Assembly (NCBI GenBank): GCA_963806185.1 | Contig: CAWDXE010000006.1 | Span: forward strand, 9,095-73,094 | Origin: an uncultured candidate division Zixibacteria bacterium | Lineage (GTDB): Bacteria > Zixibacteria > MSB-5A5 > GN15 > FEB-12 | DNA length: 64,000 nucleotides | Direction of reading: 5' to 3' | Shown: piece by piece, positions 17,108 through 26,661 of the stretch | How the letters are laid out: each line of letters starts with the position of its first letter | Position numbering within the stretch: position 1 is the first letter of the stretch | Position numbers and translations under genes: made by a program | Notes under the pieces: model-generated | The model's input: the letters and a program-made list of their open reading frames with translations, nothing else | Told to the model about the DNA's origin: nothing | The model's database searches: none

Positions 17108-17143
17108 CCCAGGTAGGATGACCACCTGCCTGGGTTATTTTTT
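17108..17143 (+). terminator. plus-strand rho-independent terminator with no upstream plus-strand CDS
   Basis: 10-bp stem cccaggtagg / cctgcctggg (one G:U pair), 7-nt loop, then TTATTTTTT. On the minus strand no U-tract follows the hairpin. Confidence 0.6.
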
Positions 17144-17188
17144 GTGTGAGATTGCGGGTGAATCCTGACTTACCGCCGACGACATCTC

Positions 17189-17851
17189 TCAGACTGATCG
17201 ACGATCAGCATCAAACCAGAATAGAAGTGCGATCAGCAATATGATTGTGCCCAAGCCTTGTACGGCCACCATGGCCACACTGGGCGGCGTTGGTGCAATC
17301 GCCTGCCCGATGAGTGCCATCAGCCCGACGACGCCGGTGAGAATCACCGGCCCGTACTTCCCAAGCATAGTGATTCCCTCTGTAGCTCGGTAGTAGTACC
17401 AGAGCCCAGTAAGAAGAATTGCCGCCTCGACAACGAGGGCCACGACAAGGCGATTCCACAACCCCAAGCCAATGTGAAGCGATGACTCGCCGGCCAGAGG
17501 CATGTCCGGCGGATGGACGAGAAGGTCGAGAAGAAAATGCGAAGCGGTCGCCGTCGCAAGCACGAGCGCCACACGTTGCGCACCCACGCCTCGCCACACA
17601 AGGCGGCCGATAGCGTACGCAATCGCCGTCCACATGACCGCCGCGAAAATACTATGAGAATAGGGAAAGACAAACTGCAGATAGTGAAGCCTTGCATACT
17701 GTTCGGGGATGGCCACTTGTTCGATCCCGAGCAGAGCAAGTGTCCAGAGCAGCAGATCCGGCCAGAGAGAAGCGAAACATAGCCAGCCGACATTGAGTCG
17801 TGGCTCAGCTCTCTTGAGGGCAAGCGCGACGCCGAAGTGTCCGATCAACAT
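17189..17851 (-). CDS. hypothetical integral membrane protein (6-7 TM, several conserved His)
   Basis: 220 aa, hydrophobic throughout, with an HFLLDLLVHPPD motif. The family is not confidently recognised. Confidence 0.6.
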   Translation of the reverse strand: MLIGHFGVALALKRAEPRLNVGWLCFASLWPDLLLWTLALLGIEQVAIPEQYARLHYLQFVFPYSHSIFAAVMWTAIAYAIGRLVWRGVGAQRVALVLATATASHFLLDLLVHPPDMPLAGESSLHIGLGLWNRLVVALVVEAAILLTGLWYYYRATEGITMLGKYGPVILTGVVGLMALIGQAIAPTPPSVAMVAVQGLGTIILLIALLFWFDADRRSV

Positions 17852-17857
17852 AGTCGA

Positions 17858-18658
17858 TTAACTGGCAGACAACTCAGAGCTAACATTTCCAACCAGAATC
17901 AGTTTTGGCGAATCCACCGAAAACTCGCCGCCGCCGAAATTGCCGAACGCTGATATCGACTCAAATCCGGCTGCAGTCAGGAGTGAAATCAACTCAGAGC
18001 AAGTATACAGCCGTACTGAAAGTATATAGTCGCGGATATCCCCCGCTTCGACCAAGCTCCGATTGATGGTCATTCGGCCGGCGACGGGATCGAAATCATG
18101 TTTTTCAAGGACGATAACGCTCTCGTGTCGATGGAACTCCCTGACGCCGTGCTTGCGAATGTACTTGTCACGATTCCACAATTCCAGACATAGTTTGCCG
18201 CTCCTTGTGAGAGCCCGCCGCATTTGAATAAGGATCTGCAGCGAGTCGTCGTCAGTATCCGCGTATCCGAAACTCCCAAACAAGCAGAGGAGGATATCAA
18301 ACTCGTTCACAAAGGGTATTGCCGCCATGTCACCGACTATCAAATCAGCTCCGAGTGATTGCTCATCAAGTAGTGCTCGGGCGCGCCCAATCATCGCTTC
18401 CGATTGATCGATCCCTACCACCTCATAGCCTCTGGCGGCAAATTCGACGACATGCCGTCCCCAACCACATCCGACATCCAGCAAACGTTCTCTACCGGTC
18501 AGACCCAGCAGCGACACCAGTCCATCCACTTCATCCCGAGTCCGCTCCTTCGTCAGTACGGCGGCCTTCCCGGTTCGCATGTAATCAGCGCCGAAGTATC
18601 GCCAGTTATCTTCGGCATGACTGCCCGGTCGGGCAGCTGTGCTCGTATGTTTTGTCAT
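17858..18658 (-). CDS. class I SAM-dependent methyltransferase
   Basis: Motif I LLDVGCGWGRH followed by the acidic post-I residue (VVGIDQS). 266 aa. Confidence 0.8.
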   Translation of the reverse strand: MTKHTSTAARPGSHAEDNWRYFGADYMRTGKAAVLTKERTRDEVDGLVSLLGLTGRERLLDVGCGWGRHVVEFAARGYEVVGIDQSEAMIGRARALLDEQSLGADLIVGDMAAIPFVNEFDILLCLFGSFGYADTDDDSLQILIQMRRALTRSGKLCLELWNRDKYIRKHGVREFHRHESVIVLEKHDFDPVAGRMTINRSLVEAGDIRDYILSVRLYTCSELISLLTAAGFESISAFGNFGGGEFSVDSPKLILVGNVSSELSAS

Positions 18659-18738
18659 GAGGGGTCAACTACTGTATTCGGCAAGGCGAACATGCGTCTT
18701 ACGTGCCAAGACGGCTTGCCACGCCTGGCGGACTCGGC

Positions 18739-19242
18739 TCAAACCTCCGGCGGTTGCCCGCCGTAATTGGACCATTCCTCCATCGCCGGGCCGTACACAC
18801 CCGGGACTTTCAATCCGGCCTGACGCATCAGCACCGTCATCTGGCCCCGGTGATGTACCTCGTGAATGATGATCACGTTGAGTAGTTTGCCCAGCGTCCA
18901 GTTCTCACCGTAAAAGTTCTTCTCCTCGAGCAGGGTTTTATCGGTCCAGTGCGACTTGACATAGCCGAGCAACTCATCCGATACCTTCGCGTATGAGCGC
19001 GCAATTTCACCTGCCGCTTTCGGCGTCGGGGCCTTGGGATCAACACCTGTGATGGTGATGCCGGTGCTCGCGGTGATCTCCGGATAGGTCGTCACAATAT
19101 GCCAGGCCATCCGACCGATATCCCGATGCCCGTTTATCACGGCTTGGTGCAGTGACACATCAGTGAGGGCGTCGAAGACTTTTTGCGTGCTTTCCTTCTC
19201 ATGGCCATACGCTTTTACGAAATCATCAATACTGCGGAACAT
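18739..19242 (-). CDS. DinB-family protein
   Basis: 167 aa. Four-helix DinB pattern with His triad elements (MAWHIV, IIHEVHHRGQ). Confidence 0.8.
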   Translation of the reverse strand: MFRSIDDFVKAYGHEKESTQKVFDALTDVSLHQAVINGHRDIGRMAWHIVTTYPEITASTGITITGVDPKAPTPKAAGEIARSYAKVSDELLGYVKSHWTDKTLLEEKNFYGENWTLGKLLNVIIIHEVHHRGQMTVLMRQAGLKVPGVYGPAMEEWSNYGGQPPEV

Positions 19243-19282
19243 CCAATACCTCCCAGGAATGGGTCAAATGTGTACGTCAATT

Positions 19283-20236
19283 TTACGCCGGCGCTTTCGG
19301 GTTATCGCTCAGTATTCGTTCAATCTGCTGGATCATGGCCGAGTCGAGCCGGACGGTTGACGCCTCGAGGTTTTCCTCGAGTTGGTCAAGCGATGTCGCA
19401 CCCACCAGCGCACAGCTTATTTGCGGCAGGCGAAGTACCCAGGCCAGGGCGAGATGGCCGACCGGCACGCCGACTTCCTTGGCCAGTTTGGCCAACTGGC
19501 GGACTTTCTGAACGTTATGATCGGTCAGATCAGCTTGCAGCCAACGGGTGGTGGCGCCTCGGCTGCCCGCCGGCAGACCTTCATTATATTTACCGGTAAG
19601 AAGTCCCTGCGCGAGCGGCGACCAGACAGTCAAGCCGATACCGTAGCGCGTGCAGACCGACAGGATATCTTCTTCGATGTGCCGGTCGAGCATATTATAA
19701 CGGGGTTGTTCGACAAGGGGACCATAACAGAGCCAGCGATACGCTTCCCCAACCGCCCGCTCGATTTGCGCCGCGGTCCAGACCGACGTTCCCCAATAAA
19801 GGACTTTCCCTTGATGCACCAGGTCGTCCATCGCCCGGACAACCTCCTCGACCTCCGTCTCCGGGTCAAACCGATGGCAGAAGTAGATATCAAGGTAATC
19901 GGTTCCGATACGCTTGAGGGACTTGTCAATCGACTCGAAGATGTGCTTCCGGCTCAGCCCTCGGTCGGTAATCGCATCTGACATCGGCCAGTACAACTTG
20001 CTGGATAGTACGAGATCGGTCCGTTCAAACGACTTGATTGCCTGTCCGACTATCCGTTCAGCTTCGCCTCGCGCGTAAATGTCCGCGATATCGATATAAT
20101 TGACCCCGCGCTCAATGGCGGTCTGGATGATCGACTGGGCTGTGTCGCCTTCAACCGATCCACCGTAGGTCAACCATGCGCCCAATGAAATTTCAGACAC
20201 CTTGAGGCCGGTTTTGCCGATTCTGCGATAATTCAC
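19283..20236 (-). CDS. aldo/keto reductase
   Basis: 317 aa. N-terminal MNYRRIGKTGLKVSEISLGAW, IDIADIYARGEAE, and LSSKLYWPM carrying the catalytic-tetrad Lys. This is the typical AKR11/Tas-like architecture. Confidence 0.9.
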   Translation of the reverse strand: MNYRRIGKTGLKVSEISLGAWLTYGGSVEGDTAQSIIQTAIERGVNYIDIADIYARGEAERIVGQAIKSFERTDLVLSSKLYWPMSDAITDRGLSRKHIFESIDKSLKRIGTDYLDIYFCHRFDPETEVEEVVRAMDDLVHQGKVLYWGTSVWTAAQIERAVGEAYRWLCYGPLVEQPRYNMLDRHIEEDILSVCTRYGIGLTVWSPLAQGLLTGKYNEGLPAGSRGATTRWLQADLTDHNVQKVRQLAKLAKEVGVPVGHLALAWVLRLPQISCALVGATSLDQLEENLEASTVRLDSAMIQQIERILSDNPKAPA

Positions 20237-20473
20237 GCTACCCCTCTTTCAATTTGGCTATGATACCCAAAGGTACATCACACGCAATCACTTGGCAACC
20301 CACCGACGATAAAAGCGACATTTTGTGAATCCTGACCACCCTTAACCTGAAATCTCGGTCGAGCTGTGAACGGTTGGTTCGTTATATACCTGTGGACAGG
20401 GCTTCTCGGGGCGCGACGTTGACGCCGGCCTCGAGGCATACTAATTTGAGTTTTCATCCAACGGAGGTAACCG

Positions 20474-20812
20474 ATGGCGGAATTTATGCTGTTGATAGGC
20501 AACGGGAACTGGGACCAGTACTCGCCCGAAGAGGCCCAGCAGGCGGTCCAGAAATATATCGCCTGGGCCCGAAAACTTCGCGAGGAAGGTCGCCTGAAGG
20601 GGGGCGACGAACTCCAGGCCAACGGCCGCATTCTCAAAAAGCAGGCCGGGCAGATTGTCGACGGCCCCTTTGCGGAGACCAAGGAATCGGTCGGGGGGTA
20701 CTTTCTGATCGAAGCCGACAATTACGATCACGCGGTGGCCATCACCCGGGAATGCCCTACCTTCGATCACGGCGGTTGGGTCGAAATCCGGGCCATTTCC
20801 CTGTACCAGTAG
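20474..20812 (+). CDS. YciI-like / DGPF-domain protein
   Basis: 112 aa containing the DGPFAETKE motif. Confidence 0.8.
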   Translation: MAEFMLLIGNGNWDQYSPEEAQQAVQKYIAWARKLREEGRLKGGDELQANGRILKKQAGQIVDGPFAETKESVGGYFLIEADNYDHAVAITRECPTFDHGGWVEIRAISLYQ

Positions 20813-20825
20813 CGATTTTGAACTG

Positions 20826-22109
20826 ATGACCGAGCATTTCCAACAGGCTATCGACGGATTGGTGGCCCACCTATTCCGCCATCAGGCTGGGCAAATAATG
20901 GCTGTTCTCACTCGCCGCCTCGGCGCCCACCGAATAGACCTGGCTGAGGACATTGTCCAGGAAACTCTCGTCCGCGCCCTCCGCCAATGGCCCCTCCGCG
21001 GCGTGCCTGAGAACCCATCCGGCTGGCTCATGCAGACAGCCAACAATCTGATGATCGATCTCATCAGAAGAGAGAAGTCTTTTGCCGCGAAGGAAGCGAC
21101 GATTGCGAGTCATTGCGAGGCTCGGCCGAGTACTGATGAGACCGGCAGCGTGAGGTACGAGCAGGAGGTGAGTGACGACCAGCTCGCGATGATCTTCGCC
21201 GCCTGCCATCCCTCGCTGTCGAGCGGCGCCAGCGTCGCCTTCACACTGAAAATCCTCTGCGGTTTCAGCGTACCGGAGATCAGCCGTGCCTTTCTTCTGG
21301 AAGAGTCAACCATCGCACAGCGAATCGTCCGAGCCAAGCGACTCTTCCGGAGTGGCCGAGTGGCACTCGAAATTCCGCCAGCCGCGGCGTTGGTCGAGCG
21401 GCTCGGACCGGTGATGCACGTATTGTATCTTCTGTTCAATGAGGGGTACAATTGCCATAGCGGAGAACAGCTGGTCAGAGAGGACCTGTGTGAGGAAGCA
21501 ATCCGCCTCACGCGGCTGCTCGCCGCACACCCTCGTACCGATCAGCCGTCAGTTCATGCGCTGCTTGCGCTCATGCTGTTTCAGGCCTCCCGACTGCCGG
21601 CCCGTGCCGACGACGGCGGCAATCTGCTGCTTCTGAAGTATCAGGATCGCTGCCGCTGGGACTGCTCGCTCATCGGCGACGGATTTCGCGAGCTGGAACA
21701 GGCGGCACACGGGACAGAGCTCACCCGCTACCATCTGGAGGCTGGTATCGCCTCGATTCATGCCTCAGCTGTCTCTTTTGAGTCAACGGACTGGAAGGCA
21801 ATGAGGCAACTCTACGACGATCTTGCGGCGCTCGTCCCATCGCCAATCATCCTGCTCAACCGATCCGTGGTTACCGCCATGATCGACGGCCCGGGATGCG
21901 CCCTCGCCGAATTGGAGGGGCTGACCGACCATTCATCATTCCGCTCTTTTCATCTCTTCTTTTCCACCCGCGCCGAATTCAAGCGCCGACTCGGTGACTG
22001 GCCATCGGCCATTCAGGATTACGAACGGGCAATCGCGCTCGCGGGCAATGACGCGGAGCGGCGGTTCCTGTCGGAGCAGGCAACCAAGTGTCGCCATCAG
22101 GCGTCTTGA
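20826..22109 (+). CDS. ECF-type sigma factor with long C-terminal TPR-like extension (COG4941 / ECF42-like)
   Basis: 427 aa. Region 2 (DLAEDIVQETLVRALRQW) and region 4 (FTLKILCGFSVPEISRAFLLEESTIAQRIVRAKR), then a ~230-aa helical extension. It lies immediately downstream of a DGPF gene, as described for group ECF42. Confidence 0.85.
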   Translation: MTEHFQQAIDGLVAHLFRHQAGQIMAVLTRRLGAHRIDLAEDIVQETLVRALRQWPLRGVPENPSGWLMQTANNLMIDLIRREKSFAAKEATIASHCEARPSTDETGSVRYEQEVSDDQLAMIFAACHPSLSSGASVAFTLKILCGFSVPEISRAFLLEESTIAQRIVRAKRLFRSGRVALEIPPAAALVERLGPVMHVLYLLFNEGYNCHSGEQLVREDLCEEAIRLTRLLAAHPRTDQPSVHALLALMLFQASRLPARADDGGNLLLLKYQDRCRWDCSLIGDGFRELEQAAHGTELTRYHLEAGIASIHASAVSFESTDWKAMRQLYDDLAALVPSPIILLNRSVVTAMIDGPGCALAELEGLTDHSSFRSFHLFFSTRAEFKRRLGDWPSAIQDYERAIALAGNDAERRFLSEQATKCRHQAS

Positions 22110-22204
22110 ATTCCCCGTTCGCAATTGACCCGTGGCGTTGAACCACATATATTTCCGATGAGCGTTCAGTCACGCTAGAGCACACCGACGAAAGGGAAAA
22201 TTTC

Positions 22205-23149
22205 ATGACTGTCGTCACGCGCCTATCGGGTTTTCTGTTTCTGCTTGTTGCCATTTGTGGCGTTTCTTCGTTTGCCGGTCCAAATCGCACTACGGAAACA
22301 AGTCAAACAACATCCGCCGACGCACAATTCCTCCCGCTGCAGCGTCTCACCCCCGACGGGGCGGCCGCAACTTGTACTCCCAAGTGGCAGGGACCCAATG
22401 CCGGTTGGCTGAAATCCTGGCATGTCGGTAACGAATCATACGCGGCGTACCAGGACGCAAGTGAAGTCGGTTGCGCGTCGCCGTATCCGTTCAAAGTGCA
22501 AAACATGTACTGGCGTCTGACCAATCAAACGTCGGCCAGTCTTGTGGTTAGGGTACAGCCGCGCATTCTCAGCGCCGGCGGCACCATATCCTGCCCCAAA
22601 CCGCTCGATACGCTCTATCAGGGCCCAGTGTACGAAGTGACTCTTCCGGCGTATACGACCGGCGTCGCCCAGCTTCCCACGCCGGCCAGCCCCTGCCTGA
22701 CCGGCCCGTATTTCATCGTGGCGTACTGCCTGGATTCACTCGGCTCGGGGAAACTCGGGATCAATCTGGATTCGGCGCAAGTGGTCCCACTGCGCACCTG
22801 TGCCGCCTACACGAATTATCGCGGCCCCTGGGAAGACGTCGTTTCGATCTTTCACTTCCCCGGCAATCTGACGCTCTGGACTGATGGCACAACCGCCGAG
22901 AGCAACGGATGTACGGGTGGTGGCGCCTGTTGCGTCAACACGACGGGCAACGTCGATTGCGGTGCCGACGACAACGTCGATATCGGCGACCTGACGGTGC
23001 TGATTGATCACATGTTCATATCGTTTACTCCGCTTTGCTGCATGGCGGAAGCCAATACTGACGACAATGCCGGGATCGATATCTCGGACCTGACCAGACT
23101 GATCGATCATTTGTTCATTTCGTTTTCGCCGCTGGCGACCTGTCCCTGA
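22205..23149 (+). CDS. secreted protein with C-terminal Cys-rich dockerin-like double repeat
   Basis: Signal peptide MTVVTRLSGFLFLLVAICGVSSFA. C-terminal GNVDCGADDNVDIGDLTVLIDHMF...NTDDNAGIDISDLTRLIDHLF (two EF-hand-like DxDxxxDIxDL segments). Confidence 0.7.
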   Translation: MTVVTRLSGFLFLLVAICGVSSFAGPNRTTETSQTTSADAQFLPLQRLTPDGAAATCTPKWQGPNAGWLKSWHVGNESYAAYQDASEVGCASPYPFKVQNMYWRLTNQTSASLVVRVQPRILSAGGTISCPKPLDTLYQGPVYEVTLPAYTTGVAQLPTPASPCLTGPYFIVAYCLDSLGSGKLGINLDSAQVVPLRTCAAYTNYRGPWEDVVSIFHFPGNLTLWTDGTTAESNGCTGGGACCVNTTGNVDCGADDNVDIGDLTVLIDHMFISFTPLCCMAEANTDDNAGIDISDLTRLIDHLFISFSPLATCP

Positions 23150-23205
23150 ACCGGGTCAGCTTTTTCGATTACTCGTCTGAATCATTTGACCTATATTTCT
23201 ATCCA

Positions 23206-23829
23206 ATGGATGAAAAACAGCTCATAGCGCGGGCCCAGTCCGGTGATTTTGCCGCATTCACCGAACTCATCAACACCCACAAGGGGCGGGTGTTTGGCCT
23301 GGTGCGTCGATTGATCGGCAACGAACAGGACGCCGAGGATCTGGTGCAGGAGACGTTCCTGAAAGCGATCGACAATATCGATCGGTTCCGGGGTGAGGCC
23401 GCCTTCGGCACCTGGCTGCACACGATCGCGCTCAATCAAGTGCGGGCTCATGCGGCGAAAGAGAAAGTGCGCGACCTTCGCCCGTTGGAAGATTATCTGC
23501 CAATCGCTGACGCCGACGACGGGCATCAGCACGCGGCCGCGCACCTGTCGACGTGGCGTGATCCGCATGCCGAGCTGGAGGCTGACGAACTGCGGCAACG
23601 GCTCAATGCGGCTATCAATGAATTGCCGTACGCCTACCGCGAGGCTTTTGTACTCCGGTATTTCGACGAGTTGTCGGTGAAAGAGATCGCCGCGATTACG
23701 GACGAATCGGAAGCGGCGACCAAGTCAAGAATTCTCCGCGCTCGACTGGCGTTGCGCGAGAAACTGGCCAGACTGTTTGAGGATGTCGATGGAAAAGCGT
23801 TGTCCGGATTACATTCAACAACTGAATGA
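23206..23829 (+). CDS. ECF (sigma-70 family group 4) sigma factor
   Basis: 207 aa. Region 2 DAEDLVQETFLKAIDNIDRF. Region 4 LPYAYREAFVLRYFDELSVKEIAAITDESEAATKSRILRARLALRE. Confidence 0.85.
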   Translation: MDEKQLIARAQSGDFAAFTELINTHKGRVFGLVRRLIGNEQDAEDLVQETFLKAIDNIDRFRGEAAFGTWLHTIALNQVRAHAAKEKVRDLRPLEDYLPIADADDGHQHAAAHLSTWRDPHAELEADELRQRLNAAINELPYAYREAFVLRYFDELSVKEIAAITDESEAATKSRILRARLALREKLARLFEDVDGKALSGLHSTTE

Positions 23830-24046
23830 TTATCTCGACGGTCAGGTGGACGCGTCGTTGTGCGCCGAGATTGAGCGGCATATCGGCGAGTGCGCCAACT
23901 GCAGGATCATGGTCGATACGCTCAAGCAGACGGTGACGTTGTTTCGCGACGACAAGGCCGAAACGCTGCCTCCGGCGCTGGAGACCCGGTTGAATTCACT
24001 GCTCAAGGCGCGGTGGGAACAGAAATTCGGCAAGGCGGCGACATAG
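23789..24046 (+). CDS. small soluble zinc-binding anti-sigma factor (zf-HC2 / ZAS)
   Basis: ~85 aa with H31-x3-C35-x2-C38 (HIGECANC) plus C5 and C25. No transmembrane segment. Overlaps the 3' end of the sigma gene. The start could be 23777, 23783 or 23789. Confidence 0.7.
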   Translation: MEKRCPDYIQQLNDYLDGQVDASLCAEIERHIGECANCRIMVDTLKQTVTLFRDDKAETLPPALETRLNSLLKARWEQKFGKAAT

Positions 24047-24077
24047 CAATCCGGGCCGCCGCCTCACAATGGTTTTT

Positions 24078-26204
24078 TCAATGAACCCGTCTGACTTTCC
24101 CTACCTGCTCAAGAATGAACGCATATTCAAAGGCAATCTCCTCGAGTGCGGAATACCTGCCCGATGCCCCACCGTGACCGGCCCCCATGTTGGTCCGCAG
24201 GATGAGTACATTGGAGTCGGTCTTCATGGCGCGGAGCTTAGCCGTCCACTTGGTCCCCTCATAGTAACCGACGCGCGTGTCATTCAGCGACGGTTCAACC
24301 AGAAGCGCCGGGTACGTCTTCGCCGCGACGTTGTCATACGGTGAATACGAGAGCATGTATTCGAAGAAGTCCTTCTGGTTCGGATCCCCCCACTCTTCGT
24401 ACTCATTGGTCGTGAGCGGTATCGAGGCATCAAGCATCGTGTTTATCAGATCAACAAACGGTACCTGTGCCACGGCTGCCTTGAACAGGTCAGGACGCAT
24501 GTTAACGACGGTACCGATCAGCAAGCCGCCGGCCGATCCGCCGATGACCACAAGATGCTCTTTTGACGTGTACTTTTGCTTGATCAGGTACTCCGCCGTG
24601 GCAATGAAATCCGTGAAAGTGTTCTTCTTCTTGAACAGCTTGCCGTCGTCGTACCAGATTCGCCCCATCTCCCCGCCGCCGCGGATATGGGCAACGGCGA
24701 AGATAACTCCGCGATTGAGCAGACTGAGTCGATTCGATGAAAAGTACGGATCAAGCGAGTAGCCATATGCACCGTAGCCGTCGAGCAGCAGCGGTGCACT
24801 CCCATCGAGACGTACTCCCTTCTTGTACACAAGGGAGATCGGCACTTTGGCGCCGTCGGACGCCGTGGCGAAGAGGCGCTTGCTCTGGTAATCATTCGGA
24901 TTGTACCCGCCGACCACCTCGCGCTGTTTTTTCAATTCCCGTTGCTTCGTCTTCATGTTGTAGTCGTAGACCGATGCAGGCGTCACAAATGAGGTGTAGT
25001 TGAAGCGCAGGACCGGCGAATTGAATTCGCGATTGTCCCCGCCGTCGACCGAGTACACCTGTTCGCGGAAGGTGATCGGCTCATACTTCTTCGCTGCAAA
25101 ATCATACACCCGCGCCGTCTGGTTACCCCTGGTGCGTTCCCACAGAACCATGTAATCGCGATACAGATCGACACCTTCCAGCATGACATCCTTGCGGTGC
25201 GGAACGATCTCTTTCCAGTTGGCCCGTCCCGGACCGGCCACCGGCGCCTCCATCAGGCGGAAGTTGCGCGCGCTGTCGTTGGTGCGGATGTAGAATTTGT
25301 CCCCCCGGTGATTCACGTAGTACTCGACGTCCTTGCGGCGTGGCTCGATGACGGTAAACTTGCCCATCGGCGCATTGGCGTCGAGCACGTGCACCTCCGA
25401 CGTAGTACTGGTCGCGAGGGTGATGACCAAATAGGCGTTGCTGAGCGTTTTCCCCAGATCCAGCCAGAAGGTGCTGTCCGGTTCGTGGAAAACCTCAACG
25501 TCGGTCTTCGGGTCGGTGCCCAATTCGTGGCGGATAACTTTGTATGGACGCCAGGTCTGGTCGGCGATGACGTAGAAGACCGTCTTGTTGTCGTTGGCGA
25601 AGACCAGCGGGCCGGCGATGCTGTCGACTACTTCAGGGTACAGTTCACCGGTGGCGAGATTCTTGAAATGCAGGGAGTATCGTTCGTTCCCCTGATCATC
25701 GGTCGCATACGCCAGCACCTGTTGATCGGGGCTCACTTCATTGGTGCCGATCGACATGAAATCCTTGCCTTCCGCCAGCTTGTTGACATCGAGGAGTACC
25801 TCCTCCGGAGCGTCAAGCGTCCCTTTCTTGCGGCAGTATACTTTGTATTGCTTCCCCGCCTCGTCGCGCGAGTAGTAGAAATAACCGCTGTCGCGAACCG
25901 GTACCGACAGGTCGGTCTCCTTGATGCGCGCCACCATTTCCTTGTAGAGCGTATCGCGAAGATCCTTGGTCGACGCGGTCACGGAATCGGCGTAGGCGTT
26001 TTCCGCTTTGATGTACTCCAGCACGTCGGGATTCTCCCGGTTTCGAAACCAGGCGTAGTTGTCGACCATGACATGCCCGAATAGTGTGTCGATCTTCGGT
26101 TCGATTTTGGCCACCGGCGGCTTCGGAGCGGCGGAGACCGCCGCCATCGAGAATACCAGAACGCCCAGTGACAGCGCACCAGGCCATGAGAGTTTTCGCA
26201 TCAT
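24078..26204 (-). CDS. ptrB: oligopeptidase B / prolyl oligopeptidase family S9A serine peptidase
   Basis: ~708 aa from the ATG at 26204 (MMRKLSWPGALSLGVLVFSMAAVSA signal). Beta-propeller N-domain. Catalytic GGSAGGLL, ND(T)RV and GAGHGG motifs. Confidence 0.9.
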   Translation of the reverse strand: MMRKLSWPGALSLGVLVFSMAAVSAAPKPPVAKIEPKIDTLFGHVMVDNYAWFRNRENPDVLEYIKAENAYADSVTASTKDLRDTLYKEMVARIKETDLSVPVRDSGYFYYSRDEAGKQYKVYCRKKGTLDAPEEVLLDVNKLAEGKDFMSIGTNEVSPDQQVLAYATDDQGNERYSLHFKNLATGELYPEVVDSIAGPLVFANDNKTVFYVIADQTWRPYKVIRHELGTDPKTDVEVFHEPDSTFWLDLGKTLSNAYLVITLATSTTSEVHVLDANAPMGKFTVIEPRRKDVEYYVNHRGDKFYIRTNDSARNFRLMEAPVAGPGRANWKEIVPHRKDVMLEGVDLYRDYMVLWERTRGNQTARVYDFAAKKYEPITFREQVYSVDGGDNREFNSPVLRFNYTSFVTPASVYDYNMKTKQRELKKQREVVGGYNPNDYQSKRLFATASDGAKVPISLVYKKGVRLDGSAPLLLDGYGAYGYSLDPYFSSNRLSLLNRGVIFAVAHIRGGGEMGRIWYDDGKLFKKKNTFTDFIATAEYLIKQKYTSKEHLVVIGGSAGGLLIGTVVNMRPDLFKAAVAQVPFVDLINTMLDASIPLTTNEYEEWGDPNQKDFFEYMLSYSPYDNVAAKTYPALLVEPSLNDTRVGYYEGTKWTAKLRAMKTDSNVLILRTNMGAGHGGASGRYSALEEIAFEYAFILEQVGKVRRVH

Positions 26205-26241
26205 CTGATTCCTGCTTCCATCTTCCCGGCCTCGGGTCGGG

Positions 26242-26661
26242 CTATTCTCCAATGATTTTAATGAGTACTCGTTTGCGACGGCGGCCGTCGAATTCGCCGT
26301 AAAAGATCTGCTCCCACGGACCGAAATCGAGCTTGCCGTTGGTGATGGCCACCAGCACTTCGCGCCCCATGAGCTGACGTTTCATATGCGCGTCGGCGTT
26401 GTCCTCGCCGGTGTCGTTGTGCCGGTATCCGGAGACCGGTTCGTGCGGCGCCAGTTTCTCAAGCCACATGTCGTAGTCCTGGTGCAGGCCGGATTCGTCG
26501 TCATTGATGAAGACCGATGCCGTGATATGCATGGCGTTGACCAGCACCAGCCCCTCTTTGACGCCGCTCTCCCGAAGACATTGCTCAACCTCGGGGGTGA
26601 TATTCACGAAACCACGACGACTGGGGATATTGAACCAGAGTTCTTTGCGAAATGATTTCAT
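26242..26661 (-). CDS. yjbQ: YjbQ/UPF0047 family protein (secondary thiamine-phosphate synthase-like)
   Basis: 139 aa from the ATG at 26661. [22 protein letters not shown] and [14 protein letters not shown] motifs. ATGA overlap with the upstream thpR stop. Confidence 0.85.
   Translation of the reverse strand: MKSFRKELWFNIPSRRGFVNITPEVEQCLRESGVKEGLVLVNAMHITASVFINDDESGLHQDYDMWLEKLAPHEPVSGYRHNDTGEDNADAHMKRQLMGREVLVAITNGKLDFGPWEQIFYGEFDGRRRKRVLIKIIGE

Noticed and set aside
20752-20760. Extra TGCCCTAC match inside the YciI-like gene
   Set aside because: It is only the 8-nt tail without the palindromic stem or GTAG head partner, and it lies inside a conserved CDS. I take it as a chance match.
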